From assembly GCF_006345805.1 (NCBI RefSeq), contig NC_043008.1, forward strand, positions 28,334,001 through 28,398,000: a stretch of DNA of 64,000 nt. The letters are read 5' to 3'. This document shows positions 26,459-42,106 of this stretch, in pieces; position 1 is the first letter of the stretch; the number at the start of each line of letters is the position of its first letter. The notes beneath the pieces were generated by a model. It was not told the DNA's origin. It worked only from the letters and a program-made list of their open reading frames with translations, and ran no database searches. The position numbers and the translations under genes were made by a program. The DNA comes from Octopus sinensis (taxonomy: Eukaryota).

Positions 26459-27639
26459 AGTATATTTTTGCAATGGAAAAATTAGCAAAGCCTGCCATAT
26501 ATTTGAGAATATTGTATGTATTGAAGTTAAAGTATTAGACGCAAATTAACATTAAAATAAAGAAGAAAACCGATAAACGTTCATTTATTGTGCAAAACAC
26601 AATAGAGATTCAAGGTGGACAAGAAAAATTCAAAATATCAGTTTTAAAATTTGAATGAGCGGATTTTTTTTGTGTGTGTGTTTCATAATGGATTGAATAT
26701 TGCGCGAAATATAGAAAACGTGCACCAAATGAAAAGAATGGATTCCCTTCTGCAATCTAAAATCTTTGGATCTTTGTAAGTATTCAATCATTCTTCTCCA
26801 TTTTCTGTATCCACTTTACCTTGTTACTTTTCGTGTTCCTTTATTTTGCCGCTTTTCTGTTACCGACTTGAAAATAATTTCTATATCGCAAAATTGTTTG
26901 AATTTATAATGCAGAAACAAACAATTTTTCGAATAATATATTTGCAAATTTTCTCACAATTTTATATTTACTTTCTTACCTTGTTTACATATTTTCTTGT
27001 AAAATATGAAGAAGAATTAAAGTGACAGAAAGAATAATTATATACATCCTGATAGAAACGGTGAATTGAATAATACAGAAAAATAAGCCTTCTTTACGGA
27101 AAACGACAAAGTAGTTTTCTATTTAATATTTTCTATAAGAAATTATTTTGCTGAAAACAATAAACGGACACATTACAAGCAATTATGTGGAAATAGTGTT
27201 ATTCAGCAACATATTGGAGCACAATTTATTATTAATAAAAGTTTAGTGCATTAAAGTTTCAGAAATATTTTATCATGAGATTTCCTTCCTTTGTAATTGA
27301 AAGTAAAACAATTGAGCTCGTCTAGACCTAACTATGTGTTCTGCCTATCTCAGATAAGCCAATTCCTAAAATTGTCACACGATCTTCGTTTGGAATCTAA
27401 AGAAATCAATTTATGACTTTTGTTATACTACTGCATTCAAGAGCAAGATATAACTGGTCTAGAATGTTTGCATCTAGACCAATTATATCTGGTCTAGATT
27501 GTTGCAATTCTAGTAAATCAGAATTGTGTCTAAGAAGCTGACCTGCCAAGATTTCTATTATTTTAGATTGAAGGAGACGGCGGCTGGAACATCACTTAGA
27601 ACTACCGATTAAACACCATCCTTCATAGTTGACTAGTTT

Positions 27640-28250
27640 GCAGGATGATGTATGGACGTGGAGACAATGTGGATGCTCGCTATGCAATAAAGTTTTGCGT
27701 AAAATTGTGCAGAAAGGTAAGAAACTAATGAAATGCTCCCGACTGCTTACGAATGATCGTGTGTGAACCGAGCATGTTTATTACCGACACAAGAGGCTAG
27801 GCAAAGAATTTCAAGTGTGAACCTCGTAATTATGGAGGTTGACAGTAAGCGCATAACCGGCATCCACTTGGTCCTGGGAATACCGTAAAAAATGTATATA
27901 GTGGTAAAATTGATGAGGCTCAGGAGACAATTACGTCATAAATGTCCAGGTTACCTTCACCAAGACAATGCATCAGTCCATGATTATATACTGGTAACAA
28001 AGTACCTGATAGAGATGGGCATCCAAACTATTCATCACTCTTCCTTTCGTCCAAAACTTGCTCCTTTCAAATTTTGATTGTTCCTCAAACTTGCACAGAA
28101 TATGAAGAAGACCTTCGGCACTTTAAAACTTCACTAATGTGCTGGAGCTCTACAACAAGTGCACTGAAGTTAGCGGATCATACTTTTTGTACTTCTTTAA
28201 AATGAATGTTTCCTGTAAAAGTTACAAAGTTTCTGGAATGCGCATTGTAT
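27640..28250 (+). mobile_element. Internally deleted mariner element
   Basis: RYAIKFCVKL near 27685; ORF 27892-28077 YLHQDNASVH...IHHSSFRPKLAPF. Confidence 0.75.
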
Positions 28251-28952
28251 TTTCAACACTGCTATACATAAGGTTGTGGTTATGAAATAAGGATTCATTC
28301 GTAATGCCTGTCGTAACTTTACTAATTATGGTACATGATTTCCTATATTAACAGAGCTTCCCTTCTAATAACGTGATGCTTCGTTTGGAATTTATATCTC
28401 TGAATACTAATATTAGTTTAAATATATCAGTTCATACTTTTAATATTTTATAGTTGTTGCAGTGATAATCAATAATTAAATACTTATGTATTATATAATT
28501 TATAATAACAAAGTAATGAAACATAGGATCTTAGTCACTTGATTTTATACAATGTAACGCTTATTGGCATTTAAAACAGTGATTTGTATTGAAATGAACA
28601 ACGCTACAGATTTTTTTTCCAAATTCACCTGTTTCACTTTCGTTCATGTCCGCAATGTAGTTAAAAACGTTGTCCATATCAAATTTTAATCTTCGATTGA
28701 CTTTTTGAATATAACTGTTACTGAATTTAATATATTTATACCTAGCATGTTCAATTCACTTAAACTATGTAAAAGGTTTTTTCAAATGCTAAAATACTTT
28801 GCTGCAAAAAAGTACTGATTGGAGTATAATGTTTAATTAAATCTGCATTTTGTGTACATTTCATATGAACGGCTGTAAGAATAAATTCATTTGCCTGTAG
28901 TCTTTGTATAGTGCCATAATATTAGTAAAAATAATGCATCGCCTGGAATACA

Positions 28953-29005
28953 ATTATCATTATTATTATCATTATTATTATTATTATTTATTATTATTAT
29001 TATTA

Positions 29006-29091
<86 letters not shown>
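28953..29091. repeat. (ATT)n microsatellite; further tracts at 31871-32051, 33955-34051, 35777-35932, 36492-36614, 37254-37339
   Basis: Direct inspection. Confidence 0.95.
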
Positions 29092-29094
<3 letters not shown>

Positions 29095-31870
29095 TAGTTT
29101 TATTTTTATAGCGCAGCTCTGTGTGCCTTGGATATGTGCCTTGGGTTTGTTGTGATTCTCTGATGTTTATTGTATGGAAAGTGTTCTGCATAGGATGTGC
29201 GCAGTGCCTAGTAGTGCAATTTTCTGTATGTTATATGTGTTTGTAAGTCCTGGTGTTTTTGTTATGTATTTGTCTGAATATTTTTTTATCATGCCTAATA
29301 CACCTACTATGATAGGGATTGTTTCTGTTTTCAGATTCCACATTCGGGTTACCTCTATTTCAAGGTCTTTGCATTTTGAGAGTTTCTCCATTTCTTTTAG
29401 AGACAAGTTGTTATCTGCCGGTATTGATACATCAATTGGAAACCATTTTTTTTCTTCATGATCTCTGACAACTATATCTGGCCTGTTGGCCTTAATTCCT
29501 CTATCTGTGTGTATCGGCATATCCCAGAGTATGGTTGCTTTCTCGTTTTCTGTGACCTTTTCTGGTGTGTGCCTATACCATCTTTTTTCTGTTGTTATTC
29601 CATAATGTTGGCATAGTTTCAAATGTATGTAGGTTCCAACTCTGCCATGTCTGTGAATATATTCCTTCTTAGCCAGGACTGGGCAGCTAGAGATAATATG
29701 ATTTATTGTTTCTTGTCCATCTCCACATATTCTGCAGTTACTTGTTATATTTCTTTTCATTACATGTATTTGGTAAATTCTGGTGGGGAGGCTTTGGTCT
29801 TGTGCTGCAATTAAAAATCCCTCTGTTTCTGCTTTGAGTCCTGAGCTTCTCAAACATTGCTGGGATTTTTCTTTGTCTATTTCTTTTGCGTTTAGTTTAG
29901 TCCAGCGTTTACCATGTAGGGGCTTTTCTTGCCACCGTTTTATCATGGTTCGTTGCTGTTCTATTTTTAGTTTGGATTTCATTTGTTTTATAGCTTTTGT
30001 TGTTTCTTCATTTTCTTCTTCTTCTTCTTCTTCATATTTATTAGGTGGTATGATTTTTTGTTTGTATTTGTCAGCTTCCTTAAATACTGAGAACAGTTTT
30101 TTGTTTTGCTCGTGTTTTGCCGTTATTTGTATCAGTTTTCCTTCCTTCTGAAGTAGATATTTTTGCAGTCCTATGGTGGTTATTTTATAGTAGTTTTCCA
30201 GTTGTATAAGGCCTCTACCACCTTCTATTCGTTGTATATATAGTGTTTCTATGTCAGATTTTGGGTGATGCATCCTAGATCCTGTCATTATTTTTCTTGT
30301 TTTCCTATCTATTTTGGTCATTTCATTTCGTGTCCAGTTAAGGATATTGTAGCTGTAACTTGTAACTGGGACAGCTAAAGTGTTAATACCTATTGTCTTG
30401 TGTTTAGTATTGAGTTCTGTTTTTAGTATTGATCTAACTCGTCTATAATATTCTTTTTTTATTTTCTCTTTCATTTGTGTGTGTTGTGTCTTATCTAGTT
30501 CACGGATTCCTAAGTATTTGTAAGTTTGGCTTTGGTCTAATTCTTTTATTTCATTGGTTTTATCTAGGGTGATGTTGCTACTCTTAACTAGTTTTCCTCT
30601 TTTCATGCTTACTTTGGCGCATTTTATAATCCAAATTTCACATCTATTTCTTTGGTAAATCCACGAACTGTCTTTAATAGTGTGTCCAGCTGTGTGTCAT
30701 TTGCAGCGTATAGTTTTAGGTCATCCATATATAAAAGGTGGCTGATCGTTTTGACGTAACATTTATATCCGCATCCAGTTCTATTTAGTACATCAGATAG
30801 AGGTGACAGTGCCAAGCAGAAAAGGAGTGGAGAGAGCGTGTCTCCCTGGAATATCCCTCTTCTAATGGGGATGTCTTTGGTTTTCATGAGTCCCTCTTTT
30901 GTTTGGAGGTGTAGGACTGTTTGCCATTTATTCATAGAGTGCTCTATGAATTTTCTGATTGTTGGTGCTACTTTGTTAATGGCTAGTGTTTCGAGGATCC
31001 ATGTGTGGGGGATGCTATCAAACGCCTTTTTGTAGTCAATCCAGGCCATACTGAGGCCTTTCTTCTTTTTGTGGCTGTCTTCAGTTATGGCTTTATTAAT
31101 CATTAGTTGATTTTACAGCCATATGAGCCTTTGCGGCATCCTTTCTGCTCTTCTGGAAACAGGTTGTTTTTGTCCAGGTGCTTGTTCAGCCTTTGTGATA
31201 TCACTGCAGTAAATGCCTTGAACATAGTAGGGAGGCAGGTTATTGGTCTGTATTTTTCTGGCTTTGTCTGTCTCATTTGATTTGGGAATTAAGATGGTTT
31301 TTCCCTTCGTGAGCCATTCAGGCATTGTCTCAGGCTCTGCTAGTACGTTGTCAAATTTTTCAGCCAGCTTTTTGTGCATTCCTGTTAGATATTTCAACCA
31401 GAAGTTGGGGATCTTGTCATGCCCAGGTGCCTTCTAATTGCTTAGTCTTTGCAGTGCCTGGGTGACCTCTTCAGTTGTTATGGGGGTCCAAAGTTGTTCA
31501 GATGCCGAGTTTGTTATTTTGATACTCCTTTTTTTTTGGTTGTTCGTTCGCCGACCATATTTCTCTCCAGAATTCTTCCAATTCTTCTGCCGTTGGTACT
31601 GCAGTGACTTCTTTTTTATTTTTGCCAAGTTCTTGGTAGAACTTTTTGGGGTCGGAGTTGAACTTTTTGTTTTGTTCAGGTAAATCTTTCTCTGTGATGT
31701 TATATTTGTGGAGTATTTTTGTTTTCTTTTTGTTGCTCAGTAGCGTTGCTTGTTTGTTGATTTCATAAAGAGTCGACAGATCTTTTCTCATTTTTTGTAT
31801 TTTGTTTTGGATGTTATTTATCCACAGGGTTTGTTTGGGTGGTGGTACTCCTGTTTGGATGGGTTTGAGT
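29092..31870 (-). mobile_element. Dong/R4-like RLE non-LTR retrotransposon, 5'-truncated and frameshifted
   Basis: ORFs 30624-31103 (IDYKKAFDS, GIFQGDTLSP, YMDD) and 29167-30606 (CRICG...HIISSC zinc knuckle; RPDIVV...IDVSIP...K restriction-like endonuclease); AATAAA then (AAT)n at the 3' end. Confidence 0.9.
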
Positions 31871-31894
31871 TTATTATCATTATTATTATTATTA

Positions 31895-31976
<82 letters not shown>

Positions 31977-31982
31977 GTTTTT

Positions 31983-32051
<69 letters not shown>

Positions 32052-32053
<2 letters not shown>

Positions 32054-33795
32054 AGACGTCGCACAGTATCCAATATCGTGATGTTGTTGATTGAAGATAT
32101 TGTGTCTACCGGTGATTTTTACTGTCTCTGAAGTCGCAACAAGCACCTCAGGTATACTGCATTTACGCAATATGAGCGCAGTTCTAGTAGTGCCGAGTTT
32201 TGCAATACGTCTAGAGTTTTGTGTATTTCTAACGCTTGCAGATGTTTTTCAATATTTGGTGGTATTGAACTCAATGCTCCGATTACAAAAGGGACAATCT
32301 TTATATTTGACTCTCGTAGCTGTCACATTTTTAGCGATCTCAATTCTCAGATCTCCAAAGCGCTATTTTATACAATTCGAGACTTTTTTTTATCCAGGTA
32401 TGTTGTAGGCTATCAAAAGCTTTCTTATGGTCTATCCAGGTCATTGACAAGTTTTTGTGTCGTTTGTGACAATCTTCTATGATTATCTTATTGATGAGTA
32501 GCTGATCTTTCCAACCATAGGACCCCTGTTTACATTCACTTTCCTCATTAGGGTATATCCTACTTTCTAATAAAATACTATAAATATATTCAGTCAGGAC
32601 AGATGTTGGCGTTTTATACATTGTTGTTAGGCAGTTTTTGGATCTATAATTTTTTGGTTCATATGTTTCTTCATTTTTTGGAAGTAGGAATGCTAAACTA
32701 TTAACTAGCCAAGAGGGCATCGTACTAGGATGTTGCAAAACATCGTCGTGAAGTTATGCTAGCAGTTCATGGCTCTCTTGGAAGGAACCAGATGTTAGGA
32801 ATTTTATCCTTTACTGGAGACTCCCATTTGCTTGACCTCCTGAGTGCAGATATTATATCTTCTACGTTGAAACCCTCCAACATTTGCTCCTCTAAGGAAT
32901 CTGAGTCTGTAGATATTATATCAATCCATGGGGCCTTTCCATTGTGTGTTTATTCCTATGACTCAATATTATTCCCAAAACCCTGCACTTCTTTTGGGGG
33001 TACAGACTTTACAGTAACTGGTGTTTTCCCTATCTTCCTGTAAAAATGTTTGTGGTTTTTTTTAACACGTTGTCCTTGAAGAATCTAACGCGCTTTTCCT
33101 ACCTTGCTATGCGGACATCTTTAACACATACATTTTACTTGAGGGTTTCTATTGTGGAATCAATGTCAAGTATGGTTTTCAATTTATAGCTTTTCTTTAA
33201 TTTTCAGGTTTTTGTAGGTTTGGTAGACTTGTCAAACTTATGGTTTTTCAAACATTCTATGTCAGACCTAGGTAGCTTAACTTGGTGTTGAATATGCTCC
33301 TGCTAAGAAGGATTGTGTGGGAATACTGTCGTTTTCTAATCGTTTCACAGCATAGAATCGAATAGGCTGTTATAGAGGTCCAGAGTTATTCCGCTGCTGT
33401 GTTCCTTGTTTTGATAGATCTTCTATGACTCTCCCACATCCCTTCTCTCTGACTAAAAATCTTTTCTTAAGGGGAGATTTGCATCTTATTTTCCCAACTT
33501 GTGCAATTTTCAGGCATCTTTTTTACTTAGATCTTGTCTAAAAGACTTCACTTTCTTTTGAGGTCTCCTTTTCTACAGTTGCTCCTTTCTAATCGTTCCT
33601 TGTGAAATATCTAGTTTTCTATTAATTACTACCCATCCTGTATACATCAATAAATTAGAGTCTCCTATATTCTTAGTATTTATCCTACTGATAACAGAAA
33701 ATAATTTCCTTGTCACGTGTAGAAGTTTACCTTTTTTGGGAGTGTCAATAAAAAATCAACCATGTCATGCTATTCATGGTTATATTACCGTGTAA
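32052..33795 (-). mobile_element. Second, more diverged Dong/R4-like family member with a large internal deletion
   Basis: ORF 32340-32738 (KDQLLINK, WIDHKKAFDS) joined directly to an RLE C-terminus (KIVPFVIGAL) at about 32150-32380. Confidence 0.75.
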
Positions 33796-33954
33796 TATTT
33801 CTTTTCATTACATGTTTTTGGTAATTTCTAGTGGGGAGGCTTTGGTCTTGTGCTGCAATTAAAAATCCCTCTGTTACTGCTTTGAGTCCTGAGCTACTCA
33901 ACCATTGCTGGGTTTTTTCTTTGTCTATTTCTTTTGCGTTTAGTTTAGTCCAGT
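33796..33954 (-). mobile_element. ~160-bp internal fragment of the 29092-31870 Dong family
   Basis: Near-identical to about 29750-29905. Confidence 0.85.
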
Positions 33955-33965
33955 TTATTATTAGT

Positions 33966-34051
<86 letters not shown>

Positions 34052-34054
<3 letters not shown>

Positions 34055-35776
34055 TAGTTTTATTTTTATAGCGTGCTTTCACTTCACTACCGAGCGCAGC
34101 TCTGTGTGCCTTGGGTATGTGCTGTGATTTGTTGTGATGCTCTGATGGTTATTGTATGGAAAGTGTTCTGCGTAGGATGTGTGCAGTGCCTAGTAGTGCA
34201 ATTTTCTGTATGTTATATGTGTTTGTAAGTCCTGGTGTTTTTGTTATGTATTTGTCTGAATATTTTTTTATCATGCCTAATGCACCTACTATGATAGGAA
34301 TTGTTTCTGTTTTCAGATACCACATTCTGGTTACCTCTATTTCAAGGTCTTTGTATTTTGAGAGTTTCTCCATTTCTTTTAGAGACACGTTGTCATCAGC
34401 CGGTATTGATACATCAATTAGAAAGCATTTTTTTTTCTTGATGATCTCTGACAACTATATCTGGTCTGTTGGCCTTAATTTCTCTATCTGTGTGTATCGG
34501 CATATCCCAGAGTATGGTTGCTTTCTCGTTTTCTGTGACCTTTTCTGGTGTGTGCATATACCATCTTTTTTCTGTTGGTATTCCATAATGTTGGCATAGC
34601 TTCCAATGTATGTAGGTTCCAACTCTGTCATGTCTGTGAATATATTCCTTCTTAGCCAGGACTGGGCAGCTAGAGATAATATGATTTATTGTTTCTTGTC
34701 CATTTCCACATATTCTGCAGTTACTTGTAATATTTCTTTTCATTACATGTTTTTGGTAAGTTCTGGTGGGGAGGCTTTGGTCTTGTGATGCAATTGAAAA
34801 TCCCTCTGTTTCTACTTTGAGTCCTGAGCTTCTCACTCATTGCTGGGATTTTTCTTTGTCTATTTCTTTTGCGTTTAGTTTAGTCCAGTATTTATCATGT
34901 AGGGGATTTTCTTGCCATCGTTTTATCATGGTTCGTTACTGTTGTATTTTTAGTTTGGATTTCATTTGTTTTATAGCTTTTGTTGTTTCTTCATCTTCTT
35001 CTTCTTCTTCTTCATGTTTATTAGGTGGTATGATTTCTTGTTTGTATTTGTTAGCTTCCTTAAATACTGAGAACAGTTTTTTGTTTTGCTCGTGTTTTGC
35101 CACTATCTCGATCAGTTTTCCTTCCTTCGGAAGTAGATATTTTTGCAGTCCTATGGTGGTTATTTTATAGTACGTTTCCAGCAGTATAAGGCCTCTACCA
35201 ATTCTATACGTTGTATATATAGTCTTTCTATGTCAGATTTTGGGTGATGCATCCTAGATCCTGTCAGGATTTTTCTTGTTTTCCTATCTATTTTGGTCAT
35301 TTCATTTCGTGTCCAGTTAAGGATATGGTAGCTGTAACTTATAACTGGGACAGCTAAAGTGTTGATACCTATTATCTTGTTTTTAGCATTGAGCTCTGTT
35401 TTTAGTATTGATTTAACTCGTCTATAATATTCTTTTTTTATTTTCTCTTTCATTTGTGTGTGTTGTGTCTTATCTTGTTCATGGATTCCTAAGTATTTGT
35501 AAGTTTGGCTTTGGTCTAATTCTTTTATTTCATTGGTTTTATCTAGTGTGATGTTGTTACTCTTAACTAGTTTTCCTTTTTTCATGGTTACTTTGGCGCA
35601 TTTTTCTAATCCAAATTTCATATCTATTTCTTTGGTAAATCCATGAACTGTCTTTAATAGTGTTTCCAGCTGTTTGTCATTTGCAGCGTATAGTTTTAGG
35701 TCATCCATACATAAAAGGTGGCTGATCGTTTTGCCGTAACATTTATATCCGCATCCAGTTCTATTTAGCATATCAG
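34052..35776 (-). mobile_element. Dong/R4-like element, same family as 29092-31870, 5'-truncated
   Basis: ORFs 35160-35771, 34414-34836 and 34149-34454; identical 3' junction (ATT)n-CAGTAGTTTTATTTTTATAGCG. Confidence 0.9.
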
Positions 35777-35834
<58 letters not shown>

Positions 35835-35860
35835 TATTATTATTATTATTATTATTATTT

Positions 35861-35919
<59 letters not shown>

Positions 35920-35932
35920 CATTATTATTATT

Positions 35933-37323
<1,391 letters not shown>

Positions 37324-37371
37324 CATTATTATTATTATTGCCGTTACTCCTCTTAATGGTAAACAGTTAAA

Positions 37372-39415
37372 ACGAAGAGCGCGATTCGATTGTAATAGAT
37401 ATTTTATTGGTCGAACGATATTTCGACAGTAATTCAGTCTTTGTCAAGTTCAAAAAAAGAAGTGATAAGAATTCAAAATAATGGAATTTAAATTTAATAT
37501 ATGAACGAGAGCAACCAGCCTCCATATGTTCATGGTTGACATTATCAGTTTTTAAGTTTCAATTTTATAACAAGCGAAAACAAACAAAAGATAGAAAAAA
37601 ACTAGAAAAATGTCAGAAAGAAAGAGGAAAGGAAAAAAGAAAAGGAACCAGGAAGAAGAAATTTTAATCAAACACTTTTGTATAAATTTGATGATATCCT
37701 GCTGCTATTATATTCATTCCTCCAGGGCATATAACATATTTCTCCTCTGAAACTAGTAAGTTCAAACTGTCATAAACATAAACAACTCCGAAATCATTGG
37801 CCCACAAAACAAAATGAGGATGATCGAATCTGGCATAATTGAATTGAAAAGAATCCCAATTGGTATCCAGATAAATTTTTGGATGGACGTTATTAAGCAC
37901 TGCTAGTATTTCTTGAATCTTGTCAGACAGGCATTAGAGAAAACCTTAGAACAAGTGGAAAGAAGTCCTAGAATAACCAACCGCACACATTCCCAACTTT
38001 ACGTATTCCAAAATTTAGTTAATAAAGATTATGTTGTTATGAAAATGGCGGATAAGGGAGGCGTTATCGTAATTACGGACAAAAGTGAGTATATTTCGGC
38101 TTGTGAATGAGTTTAAAATCACAAATGTGCATATGAAGAACTACCTGCTCATCCAAACCTCACTTACCTAGAAGAACTTGACAAAATAATTCTGGAAATG
38201 GAGGAAATCAATTTGTGTATAATCGGATCCAGGATTTTACGTTCAGAAAGAAAACCTTTATGGTTTCCATAAAATACACAAAAAACTCGAGAGATTTCCT
38301 CCAATTTGCAGCAGATATGAATGTTGTGCAGCCGAGATTTCGGAATGGCTGGATGGCTTTCTACATCCTATCGCAAAAAGACCAAGTTCCTATATTCGGG
38401 ATACATTTGAATTTTTGTCTAAAATAATTTTAGCAAACATGATACAATAGATGACAGAATTCCATTAGTGATTAAATGGTACCGAAAGTTTGCTGGGATT
38501 TTAAAAGTACTGCATGAAAGTTACCAGCATGTGGTGAAAAAATATCTTCGTTTCAAAATATATTTCCTCAGTTGCCTAATGTAGCCTTCAAACGGAATAA
38601 GAATATGAGAGAATTATTGATACCTATTTCTGACTCCAAGAAAAGGAACATCGGAATATCTGCATGCTGTACCTTGAAAAACAGCTGCAAGGGAAGTAAG
38701 CCCTCTCCATTGTGCAACAACATGGGTCAAGTGAATTCCATCAGGAATCATAACAGAAATGTTATGTCTTATAAAGATGTGGTATATAGAGCTTCCCATT
38801 TGATGTACACAGTAGAATGCACGAAACACAACTCGACTTATGCTGGTTGTAGAACAGAATAATTAAACAAAATATTTAATAGGCAGAGGTATGACGTTAG
38901 GCACAATATCAGCAGTTCGACAGAACTTGACGAACATTTTACTTCAAAGGGCTGCAATTTTGAAGAAGTTTTGAAAGTGCATATTCTCAGAAAATATTCT
39001 GCTTCACTTTCACTTCTCAGAAAGTATGAGGAGAAATATGCTTGTGGGTTATTAACATCACGCCCTGGAGGAATGAATAAAATGACAGGAAAATATCATC
39101 AAATTTATACAAAACTGTTTGATTAAATATTCTTCTTCTTTTCATTCCTTTTCTTTTTTTCCTTTTTCTTTCTCTTTCTTCCTTTCTTTGTTCTGTCTTC
39201 TTTTCGCCTGTTATAAAATTGAAACTTAAAGACTGAGGATGTCATTCCATAAATGTGTGGAGTCTGGTTGCTCTCATTCATACATTAAATGTTAAAAAAA
39301 TAAAATTTTGAATCCTTCTCACTTAATCTGAACTCGACAAAGACAGACTTGCTATCGAAATAACTTTCAAGGAATAAAATATCTATTACACTCGAATCGC
39401 GCTCTTCGTCTTGAC
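37372..39415. mobile_element. Penelope-like element with inverted terminal duplication (minus 37372-37905, plus 37913-39415)
   Basis: Plus strand: ADKGG motif (ORF 37913-38110), AFKRNKNMRELL linker (38572-38862), PGGMNKMTGKYHQIYTKLFD*; minus strand: PGGMNIIAAGYHQIYTKVFD*; both followed by the same terminal repeat. Confidence 0.8.
37413..37451 (-). ncRNA. Minimal hammerhead-like motif (U3-A8, extra A) in a Penelope terminal repeat; decayed twin at 39330-39368 (+)
   Basis: gaac-TTGACAA-a-gac(tgaattact)gtc-GAAA-TATC-gttc. Confidence 0.5.
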
Positions 39416-39524
39416 TTATTATTAATATCATTATTTTTGTTGCTGTTGTCGTCGTCGTCATCATCACCGTCGTCTGTCCTCATTATTATTATTGTTGTTA
39501 TTGTTATTGCTGCTGTTGTTGCTG

Positions 39525-39785
39525 TCTGATTTCACTGTTGGAAAGCAAAAACGAAAGGAAAATCTAACATTGGGTTACTACAATCAACCTTAGATGCTAA
39601 GAAGTCTCCTAACTATCTTAGTTGCCCCTAACAACATTGTTTCCTGGAGCTGTACTAAACTGGGCTTTATGCCCATTTCCTCTATCCATGTGTTCAAGTC
39701 TTTACGGATAGTTCCAAATGCACCTATAATTACTGGGATATATTTTACCCACATTGTCCATAGTCTCTAATTCTCCTCGGTGCCA
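39525..39785 (-). mobile_element. Decayed Dong/R4-like 3' end next to an (ATT/GTT)n tract
   Basis: Minus-strand translation VIIGAFGTIRKDL...LQETMLLGATKIVRRLL. Confidence 0.65.
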
Positions 39786-41387
39786 TAGATTTGTTTGTCA
39801 ATTTTTTTTTACCTTAACCAGTTGAGCATGTACCTTAGTGGAAAGCGGTCTGCGTATCTCTTATCACCAGTAATAGTAGTGGGGAGCAGGTTTGAATTAA
39901 ATTTGAAGATGTGCAAATATTTTTTTAACTCAGTAAAATCAGGTTTTAACTTTTGTAAGATTTCTTGTTTTATATAGTTGCCAATTTTAATTTGGTTTTT
40001 ATTTTGATTTGCATTTGACGGTTTATAAATTGGTTCTCTATATTTGTATGTCATACAACAGCGAACTCATTCAGAATTGTCTTCTTCATTTCTACTATAG
40101 ATTCCATGTGTTTGTAAGAATATGTGTGCTTTGCTTTTCAAATACTGCTTGTTTTCCTGCTAACATTATCAAGATCGTTACAATTTCATATATCTTCAGA
40201 CCTTTTATTTTTTAGACCTCAGATAATAATCTTTCAATTGAAACTTGTGGCAAGCTACTCTCTTACTCTGATTTTTCCTCTTCGCCTTCTGCAATTTTGT
40301 TTGAGTTTGCGGTGCGTCTCTCTTTACATGGCAATGTAATTAGCTTATATTACTTATTTATACTATGCTATGCGCTCGCCAAGTTTATGTGATTGTATGA
40401 CACTTTTTGTGGTGACTGTGATGGCAAAATCGGTGGACTCAATTTGGAAGTGTCCCGTTCGAATGACCATCGTTTCGTATTCCGGGATTATTATCACTAT
40501 CATTATTATTGCTTATAACGTAAGTGTTATTATGCTACTAGAGTAGTTGTGGCCACCGCTGATCACCATTATTATTGTAATTATTTGCTTTGTTGGGATC
40601 ACGGGTTTATTATTGATTGATGTATAAGAATAATCACAACGTCAATTAAATGAAACCCGAAACGAAGACGAAAACGATCTTGTCCAACTACAGAACTACC
40701 TAATGGTTGTAAGTATAAAAGCATCAAGACCAGAGACAAATACTTCCAAAATATTGACAGTACAATAACGAGTTATCACAGACCAACGAAATTTGTGTTC
40801 AACTACATGTCAACAGAACTTTGCAAGACAATGCAACAAGTTCGTGTCTACACACACTAATTTCAACGTTAATGCTACCATCGTCACAGTCTGCAAAACT
40901 GATATACAAGCATGTAAATCATAATAATTTTCTGTCGTAATGTAAAACCTCCTGTAGTGTTAGTAGGTCTCGATGATAGAATACCCTGAGGATTCATACT
41001 TTAGCGAGGAAGTAAAACAGAAAACCCCTATTATACGTTCCAATAAAGCCTTTGGAAATCACTGAACCGCATGCAGAAGGTTTAATGCAGTAGCTTGTAT
41101 AGAAATTTGACAAATATAAATTCCATATCCTTTTCCCGTTCATAGTCTAAGATGAGCAGATGCAGAAACGATTTTTTACTTCGGGCAGTGAGTTTTCACT
41201 TCGGCGATGCTCATTTTCTCAAAGAAGGGAATGATCAGATTCCAATCAACCCAGAACAGTGAATTCATTCTTATGTCGATGTATATTTATCGACAAGTGA
41301 AAAATATGTGGTGCGCTTTGTGCGAGCAGTATCTGAGACCGATCTTGTTACAATTTATATCAATCATTTACCACAACGGTTTGGAGC

Positions 41388-41418
<31 letters not shown>

Positions 41419-41420
<2 letters not shown>

Positions 41421-41487
41421 TTTGATACTTTGATAGGTTTCGGTCATTATTGGCCCAGGCCATGTCTAACTTAATAGCACCATCTGG
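41419..41487 (-). repeat. Sixth, diverged copy of the ~65-bp (AT)n-associated unit
   Basis: gtttcggtcattattggcccaggccatgtctaacttaatagcaccatctgg, flanked by (AT)n on both sides. Confidence 0.75.
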
Positions 41488-41491
41488 TAAA

Positions 41492-41549
<58 letters not shown>

Positions 41550-41551
41550 AC

Positions 41552-41611
<60 letters not shown>

Positions 41612-41754
41612 CGTTATAGGAAAAGAAAGTTTAAGTGGAGATTATGAAAGTTACTGGATTCTACTAGAGAGTAGTGGAATTTAGAGTCTGAGAAATTAGT
41701 ATTTGTTGCTTTGAATGGAGAACAACACTTTTATTAATGGTCCAGCTGTGAAAG

Positions 41755-42040
41755 CAGATGATGTAGTGGCTAGGGTATTCGGTTTACGAACCAAACGTTG
41801 TGAGTTCCATTCCCGGCAGTGCGTTTTATCCTTGAGAAATACATTTTATTTCTCGTTGCCTCAGTACATTCAATATATTCGTGTTTTGTACCTTAATTCA
41901 AAGTGCAAACCTAGTCACATTACATGCTACGTTGAATCTCCTTTGTGTTTGAGGAGTGCTCATCTACTTGCTCATTAATTTCACGAGCAAGCTGTTCGGC
42001 TGATCGTATCGTAACCGAGAGAGTGAAAGCCTTTCTCTTA
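41755..42040 (+). mobile_element. Old tRNA-head SINE
   Basis: gtagtggctagg...gagttccattcccggc...tatccttgagaaatacatttt resembles the head and central domain of the SINE at 47190-47520. Confidence 0.5.
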
Positions 42041-42106
42041 CAGAACGCTTAAATTGCTTCTAGGAAACGTATCGTACATGTTAAAACAAGTATACATGTT
42101 AATACA

